NCBI GenBank assembly: GCA_964650355.1
Contig: CAZYTL010000004.1
Coordinates: 3,912-67,911 of the forward strand
Source: an uncultured Gammaproteobacteria bacterium
GTDB taxonomy: Bacteria > Patescibacteriota > Microgenomatia > CAYXHB01 > CAZYTL01
DNA: 64,000 nt
Direction of reading: 5' to 3'
Of this stretch, positions 9,458 to 19,619 are shown one piece after another. The notes below the pieces were generated by a model that was not told the DNA's origin, ran no database searches, and saw only the letters and a program-made list of their open reading frames with translations. Numbering within the stretch: the stretch's first letter is position 1; every line of letters begins with the position of its first letter. A program made the translations under genes and the position numbers.

Positions 9458-11205
9458 TTCTTATCACCATCCTTTCCGGCTTTTTCTAAATCTTGCTGGG
9501 ATTTAATTTCAAGATTCCCGATCACTTCCTTTAATCTTTTTTTATTTGCCAGAGCAAAATATGTTCCCAAAGCTAAACCCGCCATCACCGTGACACTTAA
9601 AAAGGCAATCATCAACTTCTTTACATCCAAACCTGACGACTTTTCGTTCCTGTTTTCTAGCGGTTCCCTTACCTGTTGATTAACGCTCATGTTTTCAGCC
9701 GGAGGTTGGTCGGTATAATTTTGAAATTCTTCTGTAGCTTGTGCCTTTTTAATCAAATCATCTGAAACCTTAAACACCACCAGTCTCCAGAAAGGCGGCT
9801 TTGTAAAAGTAAAGCTTTGACCTTGAAAATCAAACGCCACTTCTTTAGTTTCGCTACTCGGAACCTCAGCCAACATTACCCCGTTTGAATTTGCTGTAAT
9901 CTTCACATCTCCTAACGGCTTTAAAACTGCCAAATATCTTGAAGACAGCGGAGTTAAATTCTTGTCAACCATCACCCCAATCACTTCATTCGCATCTTGA
10001 GCTCTTCTCTGCTCTTCAGCCGTCCCGTCCTTATCCCTGATATTCATAAAGAATATCTTCGATTGGTAACTCTTGCCTTGATAATCTGCCTTTGCAATTA
10101 CATAGTAAGCCCCGTTTTTAAGCAAGTCCCTGCCGAAATTCAAAAAAGCGTTCCCATCCTGGTCAGTTTGAGTCGTCTTAGAAAAAACAACCTTACCATC
10201 AAGATCAAATACCTCCACAGATACCTGAGCGCTTAAACCCTTCTCGGTCTTGTCCTGATCCTGCGTATTCTGAACTCTGTCAAAAGTGTAAACATCAATC
10301 CCTTCCACTGTTGTATATGCCCACCAATGAGGAGATACGCCTAGATGAAATCCTGTTGAGCCTTTAGTAAAGGAAGCCGGCTGAGAAAAATACCATTCAT
10401 AAGCATCCTGGCCGTCAATTTTCCTGCCTGCACAAAGAGTCTTTATCAAATTCTTATAATCCTCTTCAGGAATCACTCTGTCCAAAAACAGAGACTTTTT
10501 GTTCACTATATAGTCTTCATAAATCTTATTATCCAACCGAACTTGAAAATCAGGATCTGAGTTGGAATCAGAACAACCGTACAATAAACCAAATGCCCCA
10601 ACCGTCAAGTCGTCATAAATTAAACTGTGATTTCTCCTTTGTTTATATCTGCCCAAACCTGATGTCCCTGCCAGTGTATCCTTGTCCATATACTGAGCCA
10701 AATACATTCCTGGCCTAGGCATCTCCCCTTTAATCCTCATCCAAGTGATCAGCTCTGTTGTTTTTGCCCACCCCTCATTAATCCAAGTATAAGGGAAGGT
10801 TACCACCATGTTGCCATAGGTATACATCGCATGAGCCAGCTCGTGAGTCACTACCTGTTCGATCGAATTAACCCCAGCCTCAGGGTCCACTTTCAGAAGA
10901 TCCTCATACGATCTCATCGGTGCCACCGTTAAAACAACTTGTTTATCAGCTGGAAACCAACCGCCACCGTGTTCCTCAATCTCTGGTCGGCCTTCCACTG
11001 TAAAAGTAAAAGACGAAAATGGCTCTCCGTGTATCCTTTTCATCTCTGGAAACGCCTTTTCAAAATAGCTCTTAAATTCCTGCCCGGGTAAATTACTACT
11101 CATTTCCCCAAAAGTCATCTCAGCCGACGGAGTCGCCCAAACATCAGGTACAATTAAAAAACCCAATAGAAAAATTAGAACCAAAATCGTCACCTTAAAT
11201 TTCAT
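9454..11205 (-). CDS. Secreted, C-terminally anchored gluzincin-like metallopeptidase
   Basis: Signal peptide; THELAH plus downstream WINEGWA; C-terminal TM helix. Confidence 0.75.
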   Translation of the reverse strand: MKFKVTILVLIFLLGFLIVPDVWATPSAEMTFGEMSSNLPGQEFKSYFEKAFPEMKRIHGEPFSSFTFTVEGRPEIEEHGGGWFPADKQVVLTVAPMRSYEDLLKVDPEAGVNSIEQVVTHELAHAMYTYGNMVVTFPYTWINEGWAKTTELITWMRIKGEMPRPGMYLAQYMDKDTLAGTSGLGRYKQRRNHSLIYDDLTVGAFGLLYGCSDSNSDPDFQVRLDNKIYEDYIVNKKSLFLDRVIPEEDYKNLIKTLCAGRKIDGQDAYEWYFSQPASFTKGSTGFHLGVSPHWWAYTTVEGIDVYTFDRVQNTQDQDKTEKGLSAQVSVEVFDLDGKVVFSKTTQTDQDGNAFLNFGRDLLKNGAYYVIAKADYQGKSYQSKIFFMNIRDKDGTAEEQRRAQDANEVIGVMVDKNLTPLSSRYLAVLKPLGDVKITANSNGVMLAEVPSSETKEVAFDFQGQSFTFTKPPFWRLVVFKVSDDLIKKAQATEEFQNYTDQPPAENMSVNQQVREPLENRNEKSSGLDVKKLMIAFLSVTVMAGLALGTYFALANKKRLKEVIGNLEIKSQQDLEKAGKDGDKK

Positions 11206-11334
11206 TCTTAATATCCAGTATGGACACTTTTGAGATCAAATATCAAGCCCTTGCCGCTTATGAAAGTTTTGAACTATTTACCCTCACGGTACTCAAATTG
11301 ACCGGATCTTAAAATAGCTTCTGAGCAAACTTGC

Positions 11335-11565
11335 CTACCTATTCTTCCATCTGGGTAAATTGGGTAGCATTTCATCCGCCATCTGCTCTGCTTCTTCCCG
11401 ACTCTTCCCCATCAGCTTCATGGCCGCACCTATACTTCCCTTCCTCACCTGTTCATAAGTCCTTAATTCACCGCTTTCCTGATCCTGACAATAAATACAA
11501 TACCTCTCATCCATCTTGGATTTAGATTCATCATCCAGTGGCATCCCGCAACTTTCACAATTCAT
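11335..11565 (-). CDS. Zinc-ribbon protein (Zn_ribbon_2-like)
   Basis: CESCGMPL, YCIYC and LPNLPRWK; SD AAAGGAGGT. Confidence 0.85.
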   Translation of the reverse strand: MNCESCGMPLDDESKSKMDERYCIYCQDQESGELRTYEQVRKGSIGAAMKLMGKSREEAEQMADEMLPNLPRWKNR

Positions 11566-11718
11566 TTTTACCTCCTTTCTAAATCTTATTTAATTCTTAA
11601 TTTACATTTTACAAACATACTACACAAATTATCACCTGGCCGCACTTTCACCCGCCTCAACCCAACTCTCCAACAGATTAAATCTTAAAATCCTTCTTCC
11701 TCTTACTTTTCACTAATC

Positions 11719-13764
11719 TCATTCAGTCCACACCGCCCGAAAACTATCCTCTATATCCAACCCCGCACCATAAATAGCCCCCATTCCTAGATTAAATGCC
11801 AAAGCTCCTACCCTCCTTCTTAAGGAATAGCCTCTCATCTTAATCATCCGTTTAACTATCTCTCTGGGTGAATAAAACGCTTTGTTAACCAAATTGGCAG
11901 CTTCAGTATCTGCTTTGCTACAAACATTTTCTAGACGATACGCCAGCATTTCCCTATCGCCTACAGCTGTTCTGGGTACTCCCGGGCTACCTGGTATTCT
12001 GACTCTGGGAAACACCCCCACAGCATGAATACCCAAACTGGTTAACCACTCTGCCATTTCCTTTGGAGAATGACCATCTAATCCCGTAATCGCCGTGCCA
12101 ATTACCAATAACCCCGCAGATCTCACCACCTTCAACCATTCAGCATACTTATCGGATTGCTTTTTGGCTGTCCCTTTTATTCTGCCCGGATGTTCCAATC
12201 CGCATAACGCTCCTGAAACAGTTTGCCTCAGTAAATCCGGCTCCCGAAGGGCAACCTCTGCCAACGTAGACAAATCCGCCTGCATCAGCATCTTTTTACC
12301 CATCGTTTGGAATATAGATAAATATTCCTCAACTGCGTGTTCGTTATCTCTACCGACCGCTAAAAAATTTTGTGACACCTCCAATACATGAGGCTGGAGC
12401 ATCGCTTGAAGTTGTCGTGCTAAACTTTCTGGCGGTATCCTGCGTGGCTCACGGCCTATCGCCATCACCGTAGAACAAAAATTACATCCCTCTGTACAAC
12501 CGCATGAAATATGTGTTTCCCCTAAAACACTTGGTACTTCCCAAATTCTTCCCCGCAACAAAATCGGTGACCTCACTCTGACTTCATGTTCCACCCGTCT
12601 GGATAATTGCCCACCTGTTTCTCTCTCTGGTGAATAATACTCATTCCGATCCACCCACACAGGCAGCTTTAGATCTACCTGATATAAATTTCCACCTTCA
12701 TCGCCTTGCCGTATCTGATAACCCCCACCTTGATCCTCAGTTAAATCAGTACCCCCTCGCCGTAAAACAAAACGCTGATCTGATTCAGCCTTCCTGTATA
12801 AACCTAAAATCGCCGGTACCGCCCCTTCCAATTCTCCTATAAATACATCCGCGTTCGTATTATTAATCACCGCTTGCGGGTCAATCGTCGCTGCCAGTCC
12901 ACCAATGATTACCCGACCGGGAATTTTTAGCTCTCTTAAATGCGGCACGTCAGACATCAGAGCCCCGGTTACCCACACTATATCACCATCTCGAGCCTCT
13001 ACTCGACCATTAATTGCATCTGAAAATGTCCAGTGTTGAATTTTTCTACAACCATTTTCCTCCAATTCAGCAGCTAGAACCGAAGCCCCTAAATAAGGAA
13101 TCGCCGTCGCTTGGAGAAAAGTCTTTGTCATACTTCGAGCCACCCCTAAAATCCTCTTACCCCCGGGCAATTTACTAAATCGATCCAGCCTGGTATGTTC
13201 TACTAATCGATCGGACTTGGGTGAAGCTTGATGAGCTATAATGTGCATCGTCGGTATCCCCGGTTCCTGACCATCTTCCCCCCGCGTATTCAATTGATGG
13301 TCAAGGATCGAATACACCCATCTCAGACCATCATCAGATCCGTTACTTCCGTTCAATAAACCAGCCATAACTTTATCGGTTTCTGGCAAACCTCCCAATT
13401 TACCCAAAATCCCCTTATCAGAAGTAATCCGTTTTATCACGGACGTCAGTAATCTCGGTTCAATATTAGGGAATAGTCTCCGGAGATGCTCATCATTGCC
13501 TGTATTTAGGTAACTACTGATGGCTGACTTAAAATGTATCAACCTCAGACCAGGCTCCACGGGTTGGATGGCTTTATCCGGGTCAAACACATACTGCACT
13601 TCTGTTCCACCCTTTTGTAACACTAGCTCACAACAATAACTCGTCCAATTAACCTGCCCTCGTTCCCTTTCTGATAATTCAGGATCAACTTCCACCAAAC
13701 CCGCCTTTCTCAACGCCCAATCCGCCATCCAATTCTTAGCCCTTTCAACAGTTTGCCTCGCCAT
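11719..13764 (-). CDS. Radical SAM protein, probable B12-binding class, with a long unknown N-terminus
   Basis: GCTEGCNFCS (CxxxCxxC); IIGGLAAT...DVFIGELE resembles a cobalamin-binding domain. Confidence 0.75.
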   Translation of the reverse strand: MARQTVERAKNWMADWALRKAGLVEVDPELSERERGQVNWTSYCCELVLQKGGTEVQYVFDPDKAIQPVEPGLRLIHFKSAISSYLNTGNDEHLRRLFPNIEPRLLTSVIKRITSDKGILGKLGGLPETDKVMAGLLNGSNGSDDGLRWVYSILDHQLNTRGEDGQEPGIPTMHIIAHQASPKSDRLVEHTRLDRFSKLPGGKRILGVARSMTKTFLQATAIPYLGASVLAAELEENGCRKIQHWTFSDAINGRVEARDGDIVWVTGALMSDVPHLRELKIPGRVIIGGLAATIDPQAVINNTNADVFIGELEGAVPAILGLYRKAESDQRFVLRRGGTDLTEDQGGGYQIRQGDEGGNLYQVDLKLPVWVDRNEYYSPERETGGQLSRRVEHEVRVRSPILLRGRIWEVPSVLGETHISCGCTEGCNFCSTVMAIGREPRRIPPESLARQLQAMLQPHVLEVSQNFLAVGRDNEHAVEEYLSIFQTMGKKMLMQADLSTLAEVALREPDLLRQTVSGALCGLEHPGRIKGTAKKQSDKYAEWLKVVRSAGLLVIGTAITGLDGHSPKEMAEWLTSLGIHAVGVFPRVRIPGSPGVPRTAVGDREMLAYRLENVCSKADTEAANLVNKAFYSPREIVKRMIKMRGYSLRRRVGALAFNLGMGAIYGAGLDIEDSFRAVWTE

Positions 13765-13849
13765 AGCGTTCCACAATTATACCCTATAGTCGGGAAAGTT
13801 CATAGCCACTACCCAAACCTTCATCTATAAAGTTTGGTAAAATGAGAGC

Positions 13850-14824
13850 ATGAAATATTCAGAGAGACTAGGCGAAATCTCAAACCAACAACTACAAAAA
13901 GCTTTGGACACATTTTCTCTGGGAAAATTTGTCAAAGCTGAACCCATCAATCAAGGAGTGTTTGGCCAAAACCTCTTTCTAACTAGTACCAAAGGCGAAT
14001 TTGTTCTCCGCGGCGTCCCTCATTATTCCTGGCAATTTAAGAACGAAAAATTATTTGTCGACCTCTTAAAACAACACACCCAAGTCCCTGTCCCCTGGCC
14101 ATATCTTTTAGACGAATCCGAAGATATTTTTGGTTGGAGCTATGTCATCATGCCCAGGCTTAAAGGTCATCAGCTCTCTGATTCCGACCTGGCTCCCTTC
14201 CCCGACCACCAACTTAAAGATATCGCCAAAGCCCAAGGAATAATGCTCGCCGAAGCCCAAAAATTAACCCGGGACTATTGTGGTAAATACGATGAACAGA
14301 CTAACAGCATAAAAAAATTTGAGAGACCGTACTTTGAGTGGCTTAAAGACAACATCTTTGCCTGGCTGAAAAAAGCTCAGACTTATAACCATAAAACTAC
14401 CAAGGCCGACTTTAAATGGATCGAACAGCAGTTTGACCACGCCAACGAGTGGTTATCCAACAATTTTCAACCTTGTTTTGTCATGCAAGACTACAAACCC
14501 GGAAACATGGTCATTGATAAAATTGATAACCAGTGGCAGGTCACCGGCTTATTTGACTTAATGGAATCATACTTTGGCCATCCAGAAACCGACATCTCAA
14601 GAATGTTTTGTGTCTATGTCAATTTGGGAAGAAAAGACTTGGCTAAAATTTTTGTTAATACCTACCTAAACGAAACACACAACTCAGACGGATTTTATGA
14701 AAGATTCCCCCTTTTTATGATCCACGACCGCGCCATCATTTGGGAATGGGCCCAGCGAACCAACCGAGTCTGGTGGGACAAAACACTCAACTTTGAACAA
14801 TGGACAAAGACCTTCCTAATCTGA
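13850..14824 (+). CDS. Aminoglycoside phosphotransferase-family kinase
   Basis: VPVPWP, DYKPGN, GLFDL and GHPETDI motifs. Confidence 0.82.
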   Translation: MKYSERLGEISNQQLQKALDTFSLGKFVKAEPINQGVFGQNLFLTSTKGEFVLRGVPHYSWQFKNEKLFVDLLKQHTQVPVPWPYLLDESEDIFGWSYVIMPRLKGHQLSDSDLAPFPDHQLKDIAKAQGIMLAEAQKLTRDYCGKYDEQTNSIKKFERPYFEWLKDNIFAWLKKAQTYNHKTTKADFKWIEQQFDHANEWLSNNFQPCFVMQDYKPGNMVIDKIDNQWQVTGLFDLMESYFGHPETDISRMFCVYVNLGRKDLAKIFVNTYLNETHNSDGFYERFPLFMIHDRAIIWEWAQRTNRVWWDKTLNFEQWTKTFLI

Positions 14825-14881
14825 AGCAACTACCCAAGCGCATCTCCTTCAACTCCCTCCAAAACCTGCTAAAATATCCTT

Positions 14882-15376
14882 ATGAAACTCGCCATCTTAA
14901 GCGACAGCCATGACCAATGGGATAATCTGGAAAAAGCCGTTGCTATAGCCAACAAAATGGATTGCCAGGTCATCCTTTTCGCCGGCGACTTGGTCTGCCC
15001 TCCCGGCATCTCCATCCTGGAAAAATTCAAGGGTCAGGTTAAATTCGTCTGGGGAAACAATGAAGGAGAGAAAATGAACATGACCCACAAATTTGACGCC
15101 TCCAAAAACATCCAACTCTGCGGCGATATCTTCGAAGACGCCGTAGATGGCGTTAACATCTTCATGAACCACTACCCTCGCATAGCCGAATTAGCAGCCA
15201 AGTCAGGAGAATTCGACCTCTGCATCTTTGGCCACACCCACGAATACCATCAGCAAACCACTGGCCACTGCCTCTTGCTTAACCCCGGCGCAATCCAAGG
15301 CTCCAAAACCACCCCGCCCACCTTTACCATCTACGACACCCAAACCAAAAAAGCTAAAAAAATCACCCTCAAATAA
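14882..15376 (+). CDS. YfcE-like metallophosphoesterase
   Basis: SDSHD, AGD, GNNE, GHTH and NPG motifs. Confidence 0.9.
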   Translation: MKLAILSDSHDQWDNLEKAVAIANKMDCQVILFAGDLVCPPGISILEKFKGQVKFVWGNNEGEKMNMTHKFDASKNIQLCGDIFEDAVDGVNIFMNHYPRIAELAAKSGEFDLCIFGHTHEYHQQTTGHCLLLNPGAIQGSKTTPPTFTIYDTQTKKAKKITLK

Positions 15377-15390
15377 ACCTTAGCCTTCTC

Positions 15391-17046
15391 CTATTTATGA
15401 ATCACAATACTCCCTCCTCCAATCTCTGTTGCCGGATCATCCGTATCTGAAGCTCCCACCTGATTGTCATACACGACCTCCCCTGTCTCCCGATTCCATA
15501 TCTTCATCCTCAACTTATCTGTCTCCCCTCCTCCAGGTAGTTGCCCGTCTATCGCTGTCAGCATAAACCCATATCCCTCCTCGCCGTTGATCGCCCCAGT
15601 CCCCTTAAACTGTGCTTTCGGACCGGCCATCACCAGCCATTGATACTCACTACTGTGGAAATTCAAATCCGCTATCTTAAACTGAAATTCAGTATTCCCT
15701 GTCGGTACCACCGCCCCTTTCTTATACTTGGCCACCATTCCGAAATTTGCTACCCCACTCAATAATGGATCCGCCGCATATGCCCCCTCCGGTGAATTGA
15801 TCCATCCTCCGCCGGTGACAAACCCTCCCTCAGGATCATACACCACCACATACTGGTAGGTAGCTGTCCCTGCACCTCCATCATCGTCAGTTACTGTCAC
15901 TTCCACCGTGTACACTCCTGCCGCTCCATAAACATGACTCCCGCTTACCACCCCCGACCCATTGGTCTCTGTTACCACACCAGTAGAATTTGTCCCGTCT
16001 CCCCAACCCCAACTCGCTGTATGCGTGTCCGACGTGTCAGGGTCTACAAACTCTGCAGAAGCATTAACCCCGGTATTCACCGGAATTAGGGCTTCAGAGA
16101 GCACAATTCCACTTACTGTCGGAGGTTGATTCATCCGCGGTCCTCCCCACACCGGCCCAAAATCTCTAGCACCATTACTAGTCACCCGAGTTTGATTAGT
16201 TCCATCCACATTCATCACGTAAATCTCATCATTACCATCTCTATTTGATTCAAATGCCAAACGTGTCCCATCCAGAGACCAAACAGGGTTCGCATCCACT
16301 GCCGTATTGTATGTCAATCGGGTTTGATTAGTCCCATCCGCATTCATTACATAGATTTCCCACTCGACGCCATCCCTTCGAGATTGAAATGCTATTTTAG
16401 TACCGTCCGGAGACCAGATAAATTCTGCATCAGGCAAATTACCGATCAACACATGCTTATTACTACCATCCGGATTCATCAACCATGCTTCACCAACAGT
16501 ATCCAAGCGCCTATTCGTATATAAAATCTGTGTTCCATCAGGCGACCAAGACGGACTGTAATTATCATGCCAGGCAACACTTACCAGCTGCGTCAAACCG
16601 GTCCCATTAGCATTTACTGAATAAATGGCCTGCCAACCAATATCAATATTAAATACCAGTTTATTTCCATCCGGAGACCATGCCGGAACATGCTGGTTTC
16701 CAGCAGGTGCTGGGGAAGTTACCAGTGGGTGCCGATTACTACCATCAGAACTCATCACATACAAAACTCCATTTACCGAATACGCGAGTTTTGTTCCATC
16801 AGGCGACCATGCTGGATTCGTATTCTTATTACCATCATCAGTCAATAATTGCAAATGACACTCATCCCCGTCCATCACAAAGATCTGATAATTGCCATTC
16901 CGATTAGAAGTAAACGTAATTGTGCCACCGCCCGGGATAGGATTGGATGCGCACGCCTCTGCTCCTTGGACAACGACTGGTTTAACTAAAATAAATGAAG
17001 ACAACACCAAAGCTATCAAAAAACAGGTCTTACCTAAAAACTTCAT
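15391..17046 (-). CDS. Secreted TolB-like beta-propeller (PD40 repeats) plus PKD domain protein
   Basis: Signal peptide from MKFLGK; repeated WSPDG; WGDG...HVYGAAGVYTV PKD motif; start could lie up to 17124. Confidence 0.85.
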   Translation of the reverse strand: MKFLGKTCFLIALVLSSFILVKPVVVQGAEACASNPIPGGGTITFTSNRNGNYQIFVMDGDECHLQLLTDDGNKNTNPAWSPDGTKLAYSVNGVLYVMSSDGSNRHPLVTSPAPAGNQHVPAWSPDGNKLVFNIDIGWQAIYSVNANGTGLTQLVSVAWHDNYSPSWSPDGTQILYTNRRLDTVGEAWLMNPDGSNKHVLIGNLPDAEFIWSPDGTKIAFQSRRDGVEWEIYVMNADGTNQTRLTYNTAVDANPVWSLDGTRLAFESNRDGNDEIYVMNVDGTNQTRVTSNGARDFGPVWGGPRMNQPPTVSGIVLSEALIPVNTGVNASAEFVDPDTSDTHTASWGWGDGTNSTGVVTETNGSGVVSGSHVYGAAGVYTVEVTVTDDDGGAGTATYQYVVVYDPEGGFVTGGGWINSPEGAYAADPLLSGVANFGMVAKYKKGAVVPTGNTEFQFKIADLNFHSSEYQWLVMAGPKAQFKGTGAINGEEGYGFMLTAIDGQLPGGGETDKLRMKIWNRETGEVVYDNQVGASDTDDPATEIGGGSIVIHK

Positions 17047-17221
17047 ACCAAAATATTCTGGAACTCTAAATAAACCACCTGTCAATCCCATAAACAGCAT
17101 AAACCTCGTCCCACAGATTGTCAAGATGGTTCCATCATAATAACTACAACCCTTCCTTTAAAGACTTCTCTACCCCCTAAAAAGATATTCAGTTTATAAC
17201 CACCGTGCTATATTAAAATTA

Positions 17222-18226
17222 GTGAAAAAATTTCTATTAAATTTAGCATATATCTTCTTATTTGTTCTGGTTGCCTTATTCTTCTATTTTCGTGTTCCTC
17301 AATCTGCCCGCTTGCTTCATCAGCGCATCAACCAGTCAAATCCCAATATCTTGGATGACCAGCGTTTGCAACTCTCTCAGGACTATGCAGACTTCTTAGC
17401 TGCCGACCTACCCAAAGATCCGGGCCAGCCACCCACACTACTCCACCTTTTTATTGGCAAACAACGCAGCCTCATCAACTTGCGCCTCCAACAAGCCCTT
17501 CAGGAAATCCAAACTACTCCCGTCGCCTCGGGACATATCCGCATCTGGAGCATGATTAATATGGGAGTCGTAGCCAAAACCTCTAATAAAATCATCGCTT
17601 TTGACGTAGCCGACATGCCCCTTTCCCAAGCCCAGAAACCATTAGCCCGAATCGCGGACGTATTCGTCGTCTCTCACGGAGACACTGACCATTATGACAC
17701 CGAACTCCTCAAACAGGCTTTGGCTAACAACAAACAAGTAGCTTTTCTTGAAGGTCTGGAATTATCCATTCAGTCCCCCAACATGCATTCGCTCACCAGC
17801 GGCCAGCCTATCGACCTTGACGGAGTCAAAGTCACCGCCTTCCAAACCGACCATCGCTTAGACAGAAGCTTCATCGAACCCAGCGCCTGGCTGTTAGTCG
17901 AAGTTGACGGCTTTAAACTCCTCCACACCGGGGATGGCGTTGAGTTTAAAAATAAAACAGAAAGACAACACCTTAATCAGGAAAACGACATTGATATCTT
18001 TCTAGTTAACGCCCAGATCCATCCCTATGACATCAGAGACATCCATCCTCATGTAGCCGTTCCCCTGCACCTATATAAATTCGTTCACAATCGTGAAGAG
18101 CTTGGAAATAGCACCTTTAACAGCGTCATGAGTATTTACGCCAAATACCCCAACGACCTCAAAGGCATCCCCATCGAATGGCTCTTCAACGGTGAAAGCT
18201 CTGAGTACCCACTCTCCAAAAACTAA
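17222..18226 (+). CDS. Membrane-anchored MBL-fold metallohydrolase
   Basis: N-terminal TM; SHGDTDH, HTGD and VPLH motifs. Confidence 0.8.
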   Translation: MKKFLLNLAYIFLFVLVALFFYFRVPQSARLLHQRINQSNPNILDDQRLQLSQDYADFLAADLPKDPGQPPTLLHLFIGKQRSLINLRLQQALQEIQTTPVASGHIRIWSMINMGVVAKTSNKIIAFDVADMPLSQAQKPLARIADVFVVSHGDTDHYDTELLKQALANNKQVAFLEGLELSIQSPNMHSLTSGQPIDLDGVKVTAFQTDHRLDRSFIEPSAWLLVEVDGFKLLHTGDGVEFKNKTERQHLNQENDIDIFLVNAQIHPYDIRDIHPHVAVPLHLYKFVHNREELGNSTFNSVMSIYAKYPNDLKGIPIEWLFNGESSEYPLSKN

Positions 18227-18247
18227 ACATCCCGCTATAATGAAACT

Positions 18248-18619
18248 ATGACCATCCAATTACTCAAAGACACCGTCGGCTGGGGCTTTCTTCTTTGGCT
18301 CATCGGCTACGCTCTGGGTATTCTCTTTTTCACCTTCGTACCTCCCAATCTCATTGGCTGGCTCATCATGCCCATCGGCATTGCCATCGCCCTCTGGGTG
18401 TTGATTAAAAAGATCAAACATCAGCCAATTTCACACTATTTACTCATCGCCATTTCTTGGACCTTAATCGCCGTCATCTTCGACTACTTCTTTCTCGTCC
18501 AAGCCTTCCAGCCCGAGGACGGCTACTACAAACCCGACGTCTACTTATACTACGCTCTCACCTTTCTTCTTCCTCTTCTGGTTGGTTGGCGTCAGAACTC
18601 TCTAGTTCGCCATCTTTAA
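18248..18619 (+). CDS. Small 4-TM membrane protein
   Basis: Hydrophobic 123-aa ORF; TATAAT 6 nt upstream. Confidence 0.75.
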   Translation: MTIQLLKDTVGWGFLLWLIGYALGILFFTFVPPNLIGWLIMPIGIAIALWVLIKKIKHQPISHYLLIAISWTLIAVIFDYFFLVQAFQPEDGYYKPDVYLYYALTFLLPLLVGWRQNSLVRHL

Positions 18620-19442
18620 AACCCTCACCCACCACCTCATAAACTTCCCTATTGTCCGGCAAGCGATCTAATAAATCTTCGTCAATACCTACCTTCCCAA
18701 TCATCTCTCTAGCCTGTCGTTTAGTTAACTTTTTATCCCATACCAACCTAGCGTAAGTAATCAAACCCTCTCTTAATGAATTCTTTACTTTCCACCCTTC
18801 TCGCTGATACATGAATTGCCTTAAAAACAAGCTCAAATCCCTGGTATCTACCGGATCCGGCAATCTCGCCAATTCGATCACTACCGAATCTGTCCTTGGC
18901 ACAGGGTAAAATTTATCTTTAGGCACCTTAAACTTCTCCACCGGCACATAAAAACTTGCAAACACCGGATTTGTTTTTATTGAATCCAGAAACTTTTTCG
19001 CTACCAACAATATTGCCTTGTCATACTCCACAAACGCCAAATTATGCAACAACCATTCTCCAATCGAATACGGCAAATTAGACACTACTTTGTTATATTC
19101 TTTCTTCTTTCTAAACTTACCCCCTTGACGAACACCCTGATGCGCATCCTCAATATGCACCTCCACATTCTCTGGCAACCCGACCAAAATTGGCTCAAAT
19201 CTGCTATCAATTTCAAATGCAATTACTTTACCCGATTTCTTGGATAATTCTCTCGTTAAGTTTCCTACCCCGGCTCCTATCTCCAACACCACATCCTGAT
19301 GATTAAGTTCTGCCAAATCCGCTATTTTCCTTATAATGGATTCATCCCTGAGAAAAAACTGGTCCTTCAGTGGATCAGGCTCAATCCTAAATTTTCTTAG
19401 CAATGCTTCAAGATCCATATTCTCAATACCAACTGCCCTCAT
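18558..19442 (-). CDS. rRNA adenine N6-dimethyltransferase family (KsgA/Erm-like)
   Basis: DQFFL, VLEIGAGVGNLT, VVSNLPY and FYPVPRTDS motifs. Confidence 0.85.
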   Translation of the reverse strand: MRAVGIENMDLEALLRKFRIEPDPLKDQFFLRDESIIRKIADLAELNHQDVVLEIGAGVGNLTRELSKKSGKVIAFEIDSRFEPILVGLPENVEVHIEDAHQGVRQGGKFRKKKEYNKVVSNLPYSIGEWLLHNLAFVEYDKAILLVAKKFLDSIKTNPVFASFYVPVEKFKVPKDKFYPVPRTDSVVIELARLPDPVDTRDLSLFLRQFMYQREGWKVKNSLREGLITYARLVWDKKLTKRQAREMIGKVGIDEDLLDRLPDNREVYEVVGEGFKDGELESSDANQPEEEEER

Positions 19443-19619
19443 CTCTCCAATTTTACCTTAACAGACACCGATCTGCCATCTTCTCAAGTCGTGTTCGTTG
19501 GCCCTCCCCAAAACGAATCTATTCCCCATCTTCCAGGTCAACTTCACAATTCCACTTGAAAAAAGGTATCTCAAGGCCTTAAAGTTAATCCCAGTTGCTT
19601 AATCACCCCATCTTTTTCC

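Noticed and set aside
9150-11445. DGR template/variable repeat pair
   Set aside because: Mismatches are mostly synonymous and not adenine-specific, and there is no reverse transcriptase in the window.
16130-16930. DNA repeats as a possible CRISPR array
   Set aside because: They are coding PD40/WSPDG repeats of the TolB-like protein.
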